From NCBI GenBank assembly GCA_937899715.1, contig CALCNX010000075.1, positions 9,269 to 73,268 of the forward strand: a stretch of DNA of 64,000 bases. The letters are read 5' to 3'. The first letter of the stretch is position 1. The number at the start of each line of letters is the position of its first letter. Made by a program: the position numbers and the translations under genes. Below are positions 47,858-56,838 of the stretch, in pieces. This stretch comes from an uncultured bacterium. Its GTDB lineage: Bacteria; Bacteroidota; Ignavibacteria; Kapaibacteriales; UBA4661. The notes under the pieces were generated by a model. That model was not told the DNA's origin and did no database searches. It saw only the letters and a program-made list of their open reading frames with translations.

Positions 47858-48871
47858 ATGGAACGACGAGATGTATTAAAGGGGCTGGGAACGCTTGGAC
47901 TTGGGGCAGTTCTTGGCGCAACAACGAATGAGGAAGCCTCTGCCGCCACACCACCGCCAATGGCAGGCTGCGTTCTGATTCCTCAAGAGACCGAAGGACC
48001 ATATCCGCTCGACCTGAGTCGTAATGCCGCGATGTTCCGTCAGAACATCACCGAGGGAAAAACCGGGCTTCCGCTCAATCTCAGGCTTACGATTCAAAAT
48101 GTAAGCAATAATTGTGCTCCCATTGCGAATGCCCGTGTGGACATCTGGCAATGCGACAAAGACGGCGTATATTCCGGCTATAACCAACCGGGCGCAAACA
48201 CCGTCGGGCAGACGTTTATGCGCGGTATCCAGATGACTGACAGCGCGGGACAGGTGAACTTTGTGACGGTGTATCCGGGCTGGTATAGCGGTCGTATCAC
48301 CCACATTCATTTCCAAGTGTTCGTTACATCAGTTCTTCGCGCCACATCGCAGATTGCTTTTCCCGATGCTATCAATAATGCTGTCTATCAAACGCCGCTC
48401 TATGTGGCAAAAGGGCAAAACCGTTCGGTGGCGAATAATGCTGCCGATATGGTCTTTAGCGATGGTTTCGAGTCACAGTTGGCAATGCTGACGGCGAACA
48501 CAACCACAGGTGGTTATGATGCGGCGCTGACGGTCGGTATTCAAGCCCCAACAACGGGGGTTATGGATTTGGAGCCGGAAACGGGCGGACAGTTCCTGTT
48601 GCAACAAAACTATCCGAATCCTTTTAGCACCACAACGACCTTTGTTTTTCAGCTGATGCAAGCAGCAAGCGTTGAATTTTCGCTCTACGACCTCACGGGC
48701 AGAAAACTTGCTACGCTTGTGGATAAGACGCTTTCGAGCGGTGAACATCGCATTGAATGGGACAAAACTATCGGCGGAATGGCGCTTGCTTCCGGCAATT
48801 ATGTCTTTGAACTTGTGACCAAAAGCGCTGCCGGGCAATTCCGTCAAGCAAAAGTCTTGACCGTTCGATAA
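47858..48871 (+). CDS. Intradiol ring-cleavage dioxygenase-like protein with a twin-arginine (Tat) signal peptide and a T9SS C-terminal sorting domain.
   Basis: Tat motif MERRDVLKGLGTLGLGAVLGA. Dioxygenase_C-like core (ARVDIWQCDKDGVYSGY...TDSAGQVNFVTVYPGWYSGRITHIHFQVF). C-terminus ...LQQNYPNPFSTTTTFVFQL...SGNYVFELVTKSAAGQFRQAKVLTVR, which fits the T9SS CTD pattern. Confidence 0.75.
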   Translation: MERRDVLKGLGTLGLGAVLGATTNEEASAATPPPMAGCVLIPQETEGPYPLDLSRNAAMFRQNITEGKTGLPLNLRLTIQNVSNNCAPIANARVDIWQCDKDGVYSGYNQPGANTVGQTFMRGIQMTDSAGQVNFVTVYPGWYSGRITHIHFQVFVTSVLRATSQIAFPDAINNAVYQTPLYVAKGQNRSVANNAADMVFSDGFESQLAMLTANTTTGGYDAALTVGIQAPTTGVMDLEPETGGQFLLQQNYPNPFSTTTTFVFQLMQAASVEFSLYDLTGRKLATLVDKTLSSGEHRIEWDKTIGGMALASGNYVFELVTKSAAGQFRQAKVLTVR

Positions 48872-48955
48872 AATATCATTCCTGAGAAGAAAAAAAGAAA
48901 AGCCCGCAAGAACGTTAGTTTCTTGCGGGCTTTTGCTGTTGGTCTGTGCTACGCT

Positions 48956-50392
48956 TTAGAGCGACCCAAGGAAAGCTAAGAGCGCATCGCGGTCAGCTTT
49001 GGGCAAGCGGCGAACGTAATCGCGTGATTGCTGTGACTCGCCGCCGTGCCAAAGAATTGCTTCCATCACATTGCGAGCGCGTCCGTCGTGCAGCAAGAAG
49101 GTGTGTTTATTCACTGTTGCTGTCAGACCAAGTCCCCAAAGCGGTGTGGTGCGCCATTCGCGTCCGTTTGCTAGGAAGTCAGGGCGGTTGTCGGCAAGAC
49201 CTTCGCCCATGTCATGCACAAGCATATCGGTATAGGGGAAAATATTTTGGTTCGAGACCTCCGGTACGCCTTGCAGTGTACCTGTCCGCATAGAGGGCGT
49301 ATGGCAAGCGTTACATTTTGCGGCATCAAAGACCACTTTGCCGCGTTGAACGGCGGGGTCGGTGATGTTTCGGCGAGCCGGAACGCCGAGTGTGCGAGTG
49401 TAGTGCAAAACAGCATCCAGTGTCTCGTCGCTGACCTCAGGTGCGTGTGCCGGAATCGCCTGAACTTGTCCGGCAGAACTTTCGTTCGGGAAGAGCGATG
49501 AGGTTACGCCCATGTCGCCATTGAAGGCAGCCGCATTTTGTTGAGCGAGCGAAGGCTGATTTGCTTTCCAACCAAAGCGCCCAAGAGCGACTTTTTGCGA
49601 CTTCACATCCCAGACGTAGTTTGCTTTGCCGGAAATTCCGTCGTTGTTGCGGTCGTTCGGGTCGGCGGCAGCAAGGATTGTTTGTTCGTCAATGGCTTCC
49701 AAAAGACCCAAGCCAAAGACAGGCGAAGCAATGCGCGGCGAAACCTGTACTCCGCCCGGAAGCGGGATATAGGTGTTTTGAATGTTGTAGCGCGGAGAAC
49801 GAAGCGAATAAGCGGTTCCGTCAGTAAAGGAACCGGGAACCTCAGTATAAGCGATGGTAAATTTACCCTCCGGTCGTACGCCTGCTACTGCTTGGTCTTG
49901 GAGCTGTCCGCCAAAGCCCGCTACAGGATTAAGTTCGCCGTGTTCGTTTGCTCCCATAGTGCTAAGGCGCAAGAGCAAAGCGTTCATTTCTCCATTTGCC
50001 ATTTCCGGTTTTCCACGTCCATCGCCTACATGGCAGCTTTCGCAAGCTACATTATGGAAAATCGGACCCAAGCCGCCCGGATGTCCGGCAGACGCGCGTG
50101 CTGCAAACTCGGCTGCAAATGCCTCATCACCTGCATCATGTTTTGCCAGACTTGCACCCATGACGTTTGGTGCTGCTTGCCCGAAGGCTGTTTCATCGGT
50201 CAAAAAAACGGTTGTTGCTCCGCCCGAAAGACGTTCATCCGCGCCGCGTGGTTGTTGGCGAGGAGGAGCCGCAGGGTCGTCAACGGCGGTTTGGACAGGG
50301 GTGATGTCTTCTGTATTGGAGCACCCAGTCATTCCAAGTGCTGCCAGACCGGTGATTGCGCAAAGAAATGCTGCGCTTACAAATGCTCTCAT
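48956..50392 (-). CDS. DUF1111-family di-heme c-type lipoprotein (putative thiol oxidoreductase or peroxidase).
   Basis: Lipoprotein signal (MRAFVSAAFLCAITGLAALGMTGCS), two CxxCH haem-binding motifs (ACESCHVGDG; AKCNACHTP), and the GRFGWKANQPSL and LWHGGE motifs typical of DUF1111. The start is taken at the internal Met; the ORF is open to 50500. Confidence 0.8.
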   Translation of the reverse strand: MRAFVSAAFLCAITGLAALGMTGCSNTEDITPVQTAVDDPAAPPRQQPRGADERLSGGATTVFLTDETAFGQAAPNVMGASLAKHDAGDEAFAAEFAARASAGHPGGLGPIFHNVACESCHVGDGRGKPEMANGEMNALLLRLSTMGANEHGELNPVAGFGGQLQDQAVAGVRPEGKFTIAYTEVPGSFTDGTAYSLRSPRYNIQNTYIPLPGGVQVSPRIASPVFGLGLLEAIDEQTILAAADPNDRNNDGISGKANYVWDVKSQKVALGRFGWKANQPSLAQQNAAAFNGDMGVTSSLFPNESSAGQVQAIPAHAPEVSDETLDAVLHYTRTLGVPARRNITDPAVQRGKVVFDAAKCNACHTPSMRTGTLQGVPEVSNQNIFPYTDMLVHDMGEGLADNRPDFLANGREWRTTPLWGLGLTATVNKHTFLLHDGRARNVMEAILWHGGESQQSRDYVRRLPKADRDALLAFLGSL

Positions 50393-50660
50393 AACGATTC
50401 TCCAAAAAATGGTAGATAAAAAAACTTTTTGTGTTGTTGCTGTTGATGGTGGTGTTTTTCCTGTGGCGTTTCCCCGCAGGTAACTGATACAAAAATGCAC
50501 AATCGGTACTCGTCAAACATCTAGCCGATGGTCAGTATCTTCTATGCCCAAAAGTCATGGTCAAAAATTTGTCAGTACACAGAATCAAATAGAACTTTTT
50601 TCGTATTCCTCCGTACACGGGGAAGAACGGCTCAACTTCCATCACCGTCGTCTTCCCGCT

Positions 50661-53600
50661 ATGTGCTTTCTCTACATCTTGCCCTGCACGAAGACAATCA
50701 CCTACCGAAGCGCAATTTTCGGTATAGCTTCCCTGTACCTTCTATGCTCTTTTCAAGCCGTTCCCGCTTCTGCCCGTCATCAGAATACCACTACAAAAGC
50801 CGCCTCGCAACGGCATCTCGCACGGCATCCCGTTTCCGCCTCGTCACGCCCCGAATTGTGGTTTGAACATCTTAGCCTTGCCGAAGGTCTTTCTCAAAGC
50901 AGCGTTTATGCGATATTGCAGGACAAGCACGGCTTCCTGTGGATTGGCACGGAAGATGGTTTGAATCGCTACGATGGTTATCGCTTCACGCATTACCGTC
51001 ACGACCCAACGAATCCGCGCTCGTTGTCGGCAAATCTTGTGCGGGTCTTGTATGAAGACCGCGACGGTACATTATGGGTTGGGACGGAAAATGGTGGTCT
51101 GAATGCCTACGACCGCAAAACAGAAAGTTTCACTCGCTACCAATCTGCTTTCAACGATGATAGAAATGCCCCTCGGAAAACTGATGCCGAGAGCGAAGGG
51201 CTGGGCAGTAATTTCCTGCGAGGCATTTGTGAAGACGCGGAGGGAACGCTGTGGATAGCCACTACAAACGGGCTGAACACATTTAATAAGCGTACCGGCA
51301 AATGGGGACGAATGTGCTATAGTCCGAACAATCCTGCGGGTGCAGGAAGTCTGAGCCACAACCACCTAAACTCGCTGTTGCTTGACCGCGATGGTATGAT
51401 ATGGGTGGGAACATGGGGCAAAGGAGTAAATCGAATTAATCCCAAGACAGGAGCAATTACACGCTTTGACAATAAATCACAGACCAACGCACTCATCAAT
51501 GATTTTATCACTGCGCTTTTTCAAGACAGTGATGGTGATATCTGGGTAGGTACTGCCGATGGTGTCAGTCTTTTGAATCTTGCATCGGGAAAGAGTACTC
51601 ATTTTGCCAACAGCCCTGAAAAACCGAGTGTTTTAGGCGGGAATATGATTCGTTCTTTTTGGCAAGACGGAGGCGGAACATTCTGGATTGCTTCCGAGCA
51701 AGGCGGTGTAACGCTTTTGGACAAAAAGACGGGACATACGGAAAATTATCGTCACGAACCGACCAATGCAGCGAGCCTGAGCAATGATAATATTCGGTGC
51801 ATTTTTCGTGATAAGCAAGGTGCACTCTGGCTTGGCGCAATGGGTGGCGGGCTTAATAAATTTGACCCTTTCGCACGGAAGTTTGTATCCTATCGCCAAG
51901 AAACCAACAACCCATTCAGCCTCAACAATAACGTTGTTCGGGCAATTCTGGAAGATGAGTGCGGCACGGTGTGGGTGGGAACGGAAGGCGGCGGACTAAG
52001 CAAATTCGACCCTTTCACGAAGAAATTTACAGCATACCGCCATCAGCCCGGCAATGAGCGGAGCATCAGTCACGATATTGTGCGCGGCATTGTGAATGAT
52101 AAAAAACGGGGCGTTCTCTGGGTAGCAACAGCCGGTGGCGGGCTGAATCGTTTCGACCCTAAACGTGGTACATTTACAGCGTATCGAGCGAACTCGAACA
52201 AAGCGTATTCAATTTCCAGTGACGTTGTCCGACCGCTCTTGCTCAATGATGATGGCACACTCTGGGTTGGGACTGAGGGCGGGCTGAATCACTTCGACCC
52301 CGCAAACGAGCGCTTTACAGCATACCATTCTGACCCCAATAATGACCGTAGCCTCAGCTTTGAGTCGGTCTTGACGCTGTACAAAGACCGTTCGGGAACG
52401 CTGTGGGTGGGGACGTTACAGGGGTTGAATAAGTTCGATCCCGCAAGTGGCACATTTACGCAGTTTACGCACAACATGAACGATGCACACGCCCTCCAAA
52501 GTGGTAATATCCGCTCCATGATTGAGGACAACAAAGGGCGCTTCTGGGTGGGAACGTGGGGTGGGGGCTTACATCTTTTTGACCGCACAACGGGTCGTTG
52601 TGAAGGTTTTCGGGAAAAGGATGGACTGCCAAACGATGCGGTGTATGGGATTTTGCAAGATAGCGCAGGCAACCTTTGGCTCACAACCAATAATGGTCTT
52701 GCCCGCTTTAATCCTGATGAGCGGACGTTCCGTACCTACGATGCCGATGATGGTTTGCAAAGTAATGAGTTCAATAGTGGAGCATATCATGCGGGCGAAA
52801 GTGGGCGCTTCTATGTGGGCGGTGTGAACGGACTGAGTATGTTTACGCCGGAGCGTATCGCCGACAATACCACGCCGCCTCCGGTAGTAATAACGGGGTT
52901 CAAAAAATTCAACAAACCCGTGCAGCTTTGGCAAGACCTCACTGCTGAGCCTGAAATTGCGATTCCTTACGATGACAATTTCTTTACTATTGAGTTCGCT
53001 GCACTCAATTTTACCAGTGCTAGAAAAAATCACTATCTCTACAAATTAGATGGCTTCGACAAACGCTGGATAGATGCAGGAACAAGCCGTGAAGCTGCTT
53101 ATACGAACCTTGACCCTGGAGTATATACATTTCGCATAAAAGCCTGCAACAATGACGGTCACTGGAACGAGCGCGGCGCACGATTGCACATCAGAATTTT
53201 GCCGCCGTGGTGGATGACAATTTGGTTTCGGGCGGGTATCGTATTGGGGTTTGTCGGCACAGGCGGAGCGTGGTTCTGGGCACGGTGGCGACGTGTGCAT
53301 TATCAAAAGCGAGAACTGGAAAGGCTTGTGGGAGAACGTACCGAGCAGTTGCAGGAAAGTAACATTGAGCTGTCGCAAGCAAATGAGGAAATTCAACAGC
53401 ATATCCAAACCGTAAGCGAGCAGGCGTGGGAAATTGCGACGATGAACACGCAATTAAACGCCCGCAATCAAGAATTGGAGCGGCTGAACACCGAAAAGAA
53501 CGAGTTTTTGGGTATCGCCGCGCACGACCTCAAAAATCCACTTACGAGTATCGTTTTGCTTGCCGAAATGATTCAGTTTCAGAACGAAACATTAGACAAC

Positions 53601-54191
53601 TCACAACTGATGGAGAAGGTGTCCAAAATTGAGCTAACCGCTATGCGGATGCGCGATATTATTGCCGATGTGCTGGATGTGAATGCCTTAGAATCGGGCG
53701 CACTCACACTGTATCCGGCGGAATTTGATGCGGTTTTTCTGGCAAAGGATATTCTGGAAGAATACCAAGACCGTGCCGCTGAGAAAGGCATTACACTTCA
53801 CTTAGAAGCCCCCCAAGACCGTGAAGTGCTCCTCTATGCAGACTTCACGAAAACACATGAAGTGCTGGAAAATATCGTCTCTAATGCCGTGAAATACTCG
53901 CCGCATGGAAAAAATGTTACTGTGAGGATACATGATGATTTGAGTACATCATTTGTGAAAATTGAAGTGCAGGATGAAGGTCCCGGCATTTCGGATGAGG
54001 ATATGAAGCGGCTTTTTGGTAAATTCGTTCGTCTTTCGGCACAGCCCACAGGCGGCGAGCATTCGACGGGTTTGGGGTTAAGCATCGTCAAAAAAATGGT
54101 CGAAGCGATGCAGGGGCACGTGTGGTGTGAGTCGGAGCTTGGTGCGGGCGCATCGTTCTTCGTGGAATTGCCGAAAGCAGAACAAGCATAA
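50661..54191 (+). CDS. Sensor histidine kinase (signal peptide, about 14 propeller repeats, Y_Y_Y, TM, coiled coil, shared transmitter module). The ORF is open from 50544.
   Basis: Propeller repeats (LWIGTEDGLNRYDG; LWVGTENGGLNAYD ...), a Y_Y_Y motif (FTIEFAALNFTSARKNHYLYKLDGFDKRWIDAGTSREAAYTNLDPGVYTFRIKACNNDGHWNE), a TM helix, the H-box EFLGIAAHDLKNPL and the C-terminus GKFVRLSAQPTGGEHSTGLGLSIVKKMVEAMQGHVWCESELGAGASFFVELP. Confidence 0.85.
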   Translation: MCFLYILPCTKTITYRSAIFGIASLYLLCSFQAVPASARHQNTTTKAASQRHLARHPVSASSRPELWFEHLSLAEGLSQSSVYAILQDKHGFLWIGTEDGLNRYDGYRFTHYRHDPTNPRSLSANLVRVLYEDRDGTLWVGTENGGLNAYDRKTESFTRYQSAFNDDRNAPRKTDAESEGLGSNFLRGICEDAEGTLWIATTNGLNTFNKRTGKWGRMCYSPNNPAGAGSLSHNHLNSLLLDRDGMIWVGTWGKGVNRINPKTGAITRFDNKSQTNALINDFITALFQDSDGDIWVGTADGVSLLNLASGKSTHFANSPEKPSVLGGNMIRSFWQDGGGTFWIASEQGGVTLLDKKTGHTENYRHEPTNAASLSNDNIRCIFRDKQGALWLGAMGGGLNKFDPFARKFVSYRQETNNPFSLNNNVVRAILEDECGTVWVGTEGGGLSKFDPFTKKFTAYRHQPGNERSISHDIVRGIVNDKKRGVLWVATAGGGLNRFDPKRGTFTAYRANSNKAYSISSDVVRPLLLNDDGTLWVGTEGGLNHFDPANERFTAYHSDPNNDRSLSFESVLTLYKDRSGTLWVGTLQGLNKFDPASGTFTQFTHNMNDAHALQSGNIRSMIEDNKGRFWVGTWGGGLHLFDRTTGRCEGFREKDGLPNDAVYGILQDSAGNLWLTTNNGLARFNPDERTFRTYDADDGLQSNEFNSGAYHAGESGRFYVGGVNGLSMFTPERIADNTTPPPVVITGFKKFNKPVQLWQDLTAEPEIAIPYDDNFFTIEFAALNFTSARKNHYLYKLDGFDKRWIDAGTSREAAYTNLDPGVYTFRIKACNNDGHWNERGARLHIRILPPWWMTIWFRAGIVLGFVGTGGAWFWARWRRVHYQKRELERLVGERTEQLQESNIELSQANEEIQQHIQTVSEQAWEIATMNTQLNARNQELERLNTEKNEFLGIAAHDLKNPLTSIVLLAEMIQFQNETLDNSQLMEKVSKIELTAMRMRDIIADVLDVNALESGALTLYPAEFDAVFLAKDILEEYQDRAAEKGITLHLEAPQDREVLLYADFTKTHEVLENIVSNAVKYSPHGKNVTVRIHDDLSTSFVKIEVQDEGPGISDEDMKRLFGKFVRLSAQPTGGEHSTGLGLSIVKKMVEAMQGHVWCESELGAGASFFVELPKAEQA

Positions 54192-54229
54192 TGCTTCCTT
54201 GATGACAAGGAGAAAAGCACGATGAATGT

Positions 54230-56791
54230 TTGCTTTTTTGCACTCTTCCATTCTCACCAATCATTATGCACATTCCTTCCATGTCGCTGCTTTCCGCCGT
54301 ATATGCCGCATATTTGCTTGATTGCATAACAGGTGTGCTGTTGCTGTGGAAATATTTTGAGGGCAGTCGTCACGTTCAGGATGGGAAGTCGCAGCAGGCG
54401 ATGACATCGGTGAATTTGCCTGTAAGCCTCATTTTCAGCCGAGCCATCACGATGACTGTGCTCACGGTGTGTCTTGTGCAAATCGTCGCTCTGACTCCTG
54501 TGCAGACGTGGGCATGTATTGGTTTTGCAGCATTCTCGCTCGCGCTTTCAGTCTTTGCTCTTGTAAAAAAAATACTCGCCCCGCGATCCGCCCATAAACC
54601 TGCCCTTGATTCCGGCAAGACTTCACTCTCCTACACCTTTCCCATTAACCCGAAATTTGAAGCCTTGTGGTCGGCGAATCCTCAATATTACGAGGCTGGT
54701 ACTGTTCGCTTGCGTAAGGTGGAACTCCCACACTGGCGTTTTGAATCGCCGGAATTTACGGATGTGATTTTTGTGCTGGAAGGTATTATCATGGTCGAAA
54801 CTGCTATTGGCTCACCAAACGGTGCTGCTACACGCCATGCGGTTGATTTGGTGTGGCAAATTGCCGAAGAAATGAACATTCGCCATACCAGAGCCGTTCT
54901 TTTTTCTGATGCCTATAATGTCCGTAAGTCATCGTTTGAAGCGCGAAAAATTGCAGCTCAATTCTATGGCGAAGCTGCACGTATCTGGGATTGCTATTTG
55001 TTTCTCAATCCCGCCGTGCGAGTGTCTTTCCAGCTCTCGAAGCCCTTTGCGCCCAGCGCCTTTCGCTCCATTCGCATTGCCGACAGCTTCCATGACGGCA
55101 TTCGTTCTATCCTCTCGCATTACTCGCGTGCAGTAGTGCCGGAAAATAATACAATGCCGGAAAATAATGCCGGACAGCCGCGTGAATACTCGTTTCCCAC
55201 CAATCCCTATTTTGAGGAGCGTTGGAAGTATTCGTTGGAGTACCTTGAGCACGAAGGGGTAAAATTGCGTAAGGTGCAACCTGCGGAATGGCATTATCAA
55301 GGAATTGGTGGTGAACAAGCAGTGTTCATGCTCGAAGGCGCGATGCTTGTGGTCAAGATTCAGTCTCAAAGACTTGATAACGCTGCCATACAGGCAATGA
55401 TGGCGCACGTGGAAGAGATTCTTCTCAGGAACGGGAATGAGACAATACCGATGGCATTGACGCTTGATTTTTCCGAAGTGCCGATAGATTCATCGTTGCT
55501 CTGTGCTGATGCTGAACCGATGCTGCGCGATACAATGCTTCTTAGTATATGTTGTCTGACTTCACCTCTTATACGTGAAAAAGTGCAAACTTCGCGTATT
55601 GTATTTCCGGCACGTTTGCCTGATGGTTCTGCGGAGGAAAAAGTAGTGTGGTTCGGCGGTGTGCAGGACGAGGCATTGGACGCAATGCTTGTGCATTTTA
55701 TCGCCTCTGATGACAACGAGATTGTGGAGGCGAGTGAAGAAACAAAGCAGGTGGGCAGCCGTAGAGCAGATTTTCACGAGCACCGCATAGAACAGATTTA
55801 TACTTTACTGGCTCGTATAGCGGATAGCGAGCCGGAGACGTTGGAACCGCCTCGCTTGCCAAGTGATGATTTATACGCTGATGTTTTCAAAGCAATGGAG
55901 GTCGTCTATGAGGACAAGCGCCGACAGATGCAGGAGATTATGGAGCAAAAATACCTTTTGGAAAAGCAAGCCTCTCAAATTCAAGAAGTGAATACCCAAC
56001 TTTCGTTTCATAACACCCAGCTTGATGAGCAGAATCAGCAATTAGCTGCGCTGAACACCGAGAAGAACGAGTTGATGAGTATTGTAGCACACGACCTCAA
56101 GAACCCTATTGGTGCTGTGCGCTCTATGGCAGAACTCATCGCGGCGGGGCACACACTGAAGCCGCAGGTAGTTGCTGAAAATATCATCAATACTGCAAAC
56201 CGTATGCTGGGGCTTGTTGGTAATCTTCTTGATCTCAACCGTTTGGAATCCGGTGCGAAGATATATCATTGTGTTGAAATAGATATTGCGCCTTTTATTG
56301 ATACGACTATTTGGCAGTATCGCCATGCGGCAGAGAAAAAAAATATTACCTTCCATTACAGCGCCGAAGCACCTCACACACTTGCGATTGCCGATGAACA
56401 AGCTATCTTGCAAATAGTGGATAATCTTATTTCCAACGCCGTGAAATACTCGCCGCAGGGAAAAAATGTTTTTGTTAGAATCAGGAATGACGAATTAACA
56501 ACGGCAAAAGTAGACTCACGTGCACAGTCGTCAAGCCGCAAAGGGACTATTCGTATCGAAGTTCAAGACGAGGGCGAAGGTATTTCGCGTGAGGATATGA
56601 AGCGGCTTTTTGGTAAATTCGCTCGTCTTTCCGCACAGCCGACCGGTGGCGAACACTCTACGGGATTGGGCTTGAGTATCGTCAAAAAAATGGTCGAAGC
56701 GATGGAAGGTCGTGTGTGGTGTGAGTCGGAGCCGGGTAAGGGAGCGATGTTTGTTGTTGAACTGCCTAGTCCCTTTCATTTCCACGAGTGA
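54230..56791 (+). CDS. Membrane histidine kinase whose cytoplasmic sensor region contains an internally duplicated ~150-aa domain of unknown type, followed by the shared transmitter module.
   Basis: N-terminal TM helices (LLSAVYAAYLLDCITGVLLLW; AITMTVLTVCLVQIVALT; WACIGFAAFSLALSVFALV). Repeat 1 reads SYTFPINPKFEALWSANPQYYEAGTVRLRKVELPHWRFESP...VIFVLEGIIMVE. Repeat 2 reads EYSFPTNPYFEERWKYSLEYLEHEGVKLRKVQPAEWHYQGIGGEQAVFMLEGAMLVV. The H-box is ELMSIVAHDLKNPI and the C-terminus is [52 protein letters not shown]. Confidence 0.8.
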   Translation: MLFCTLPFSPIIMHIPSMSLLSAVYAAYLLDCITGVLLLWKYFEGSRHVQDGKSQQAMTSVNLPVSLIFSRAITMTVLTVCLVQIVALTPVQTWACIGFAAFSLALSVFALVKKILAPRSAHKPALDSGKTSLSYTFPINPKFEALWSANPQYYEAGTVRLRKVELPHWRFESPEFTDVIFVLEGIIMVETAIGSPNGAATRHAVDLVWQIAEEMNIRHTRAVLFSDAYNVRKSSFEARKIAAQFYGEAARIWDCYLFLNPAVRVSFQLSKPFAPSAFRSIRIADSFHDGIRSILSHYSRAVVPENNTMPENNAGQPREYSFPTNPYFEERWKYSLEYLEHEGVKLRKVQPAEWHYQGIGGEQAVFMLEGAMLVVKIQSQRLDNAAIQAMMAHVEEILLRNGNETIPMALTLDFSEVPIDSSLLCADAEPMLRDTMLLSICCLTSPLIREKVQTSRIVFPARLPDGSAEEKVVWFGGVQDEALDAMLVHFIASDDNEIVEASEETKQVGSRRADFHEHRIEQIYTLLARIADSEPETLEPPRLPSDDLYADVFKAMEVVYEDKRRQMQEIMEQKYLLEKQASQIQEVNTQLSFHNTQLDEQNQQLAALNTEKNELMSIVAHDLKNPIGAVRSMAELIAAGHTLKPQVVAENIINTANRMLGLVGNLLDLNRLESGAKIYHCVEIDIAPFIDTTIWQYRHAAEKKNITFHYSAEAPHTLAIADEQAILQIVDNLISNAVKYSPQGKNVFVRIRNDELTTAKVDSRAQSSSRKGTIRIEVQDEGEGISREDMKRLFGKFARLSAQPTGGEHSTGLGLSIVKKMVEAMEGRVWCESEPGKGAMFVVELPSPFHFHE

Positions 56792-56838
56792 CATTATTGG
56801 CTTCATAGATAGCCAAAACAGCAAGGTAAGGTAACATT

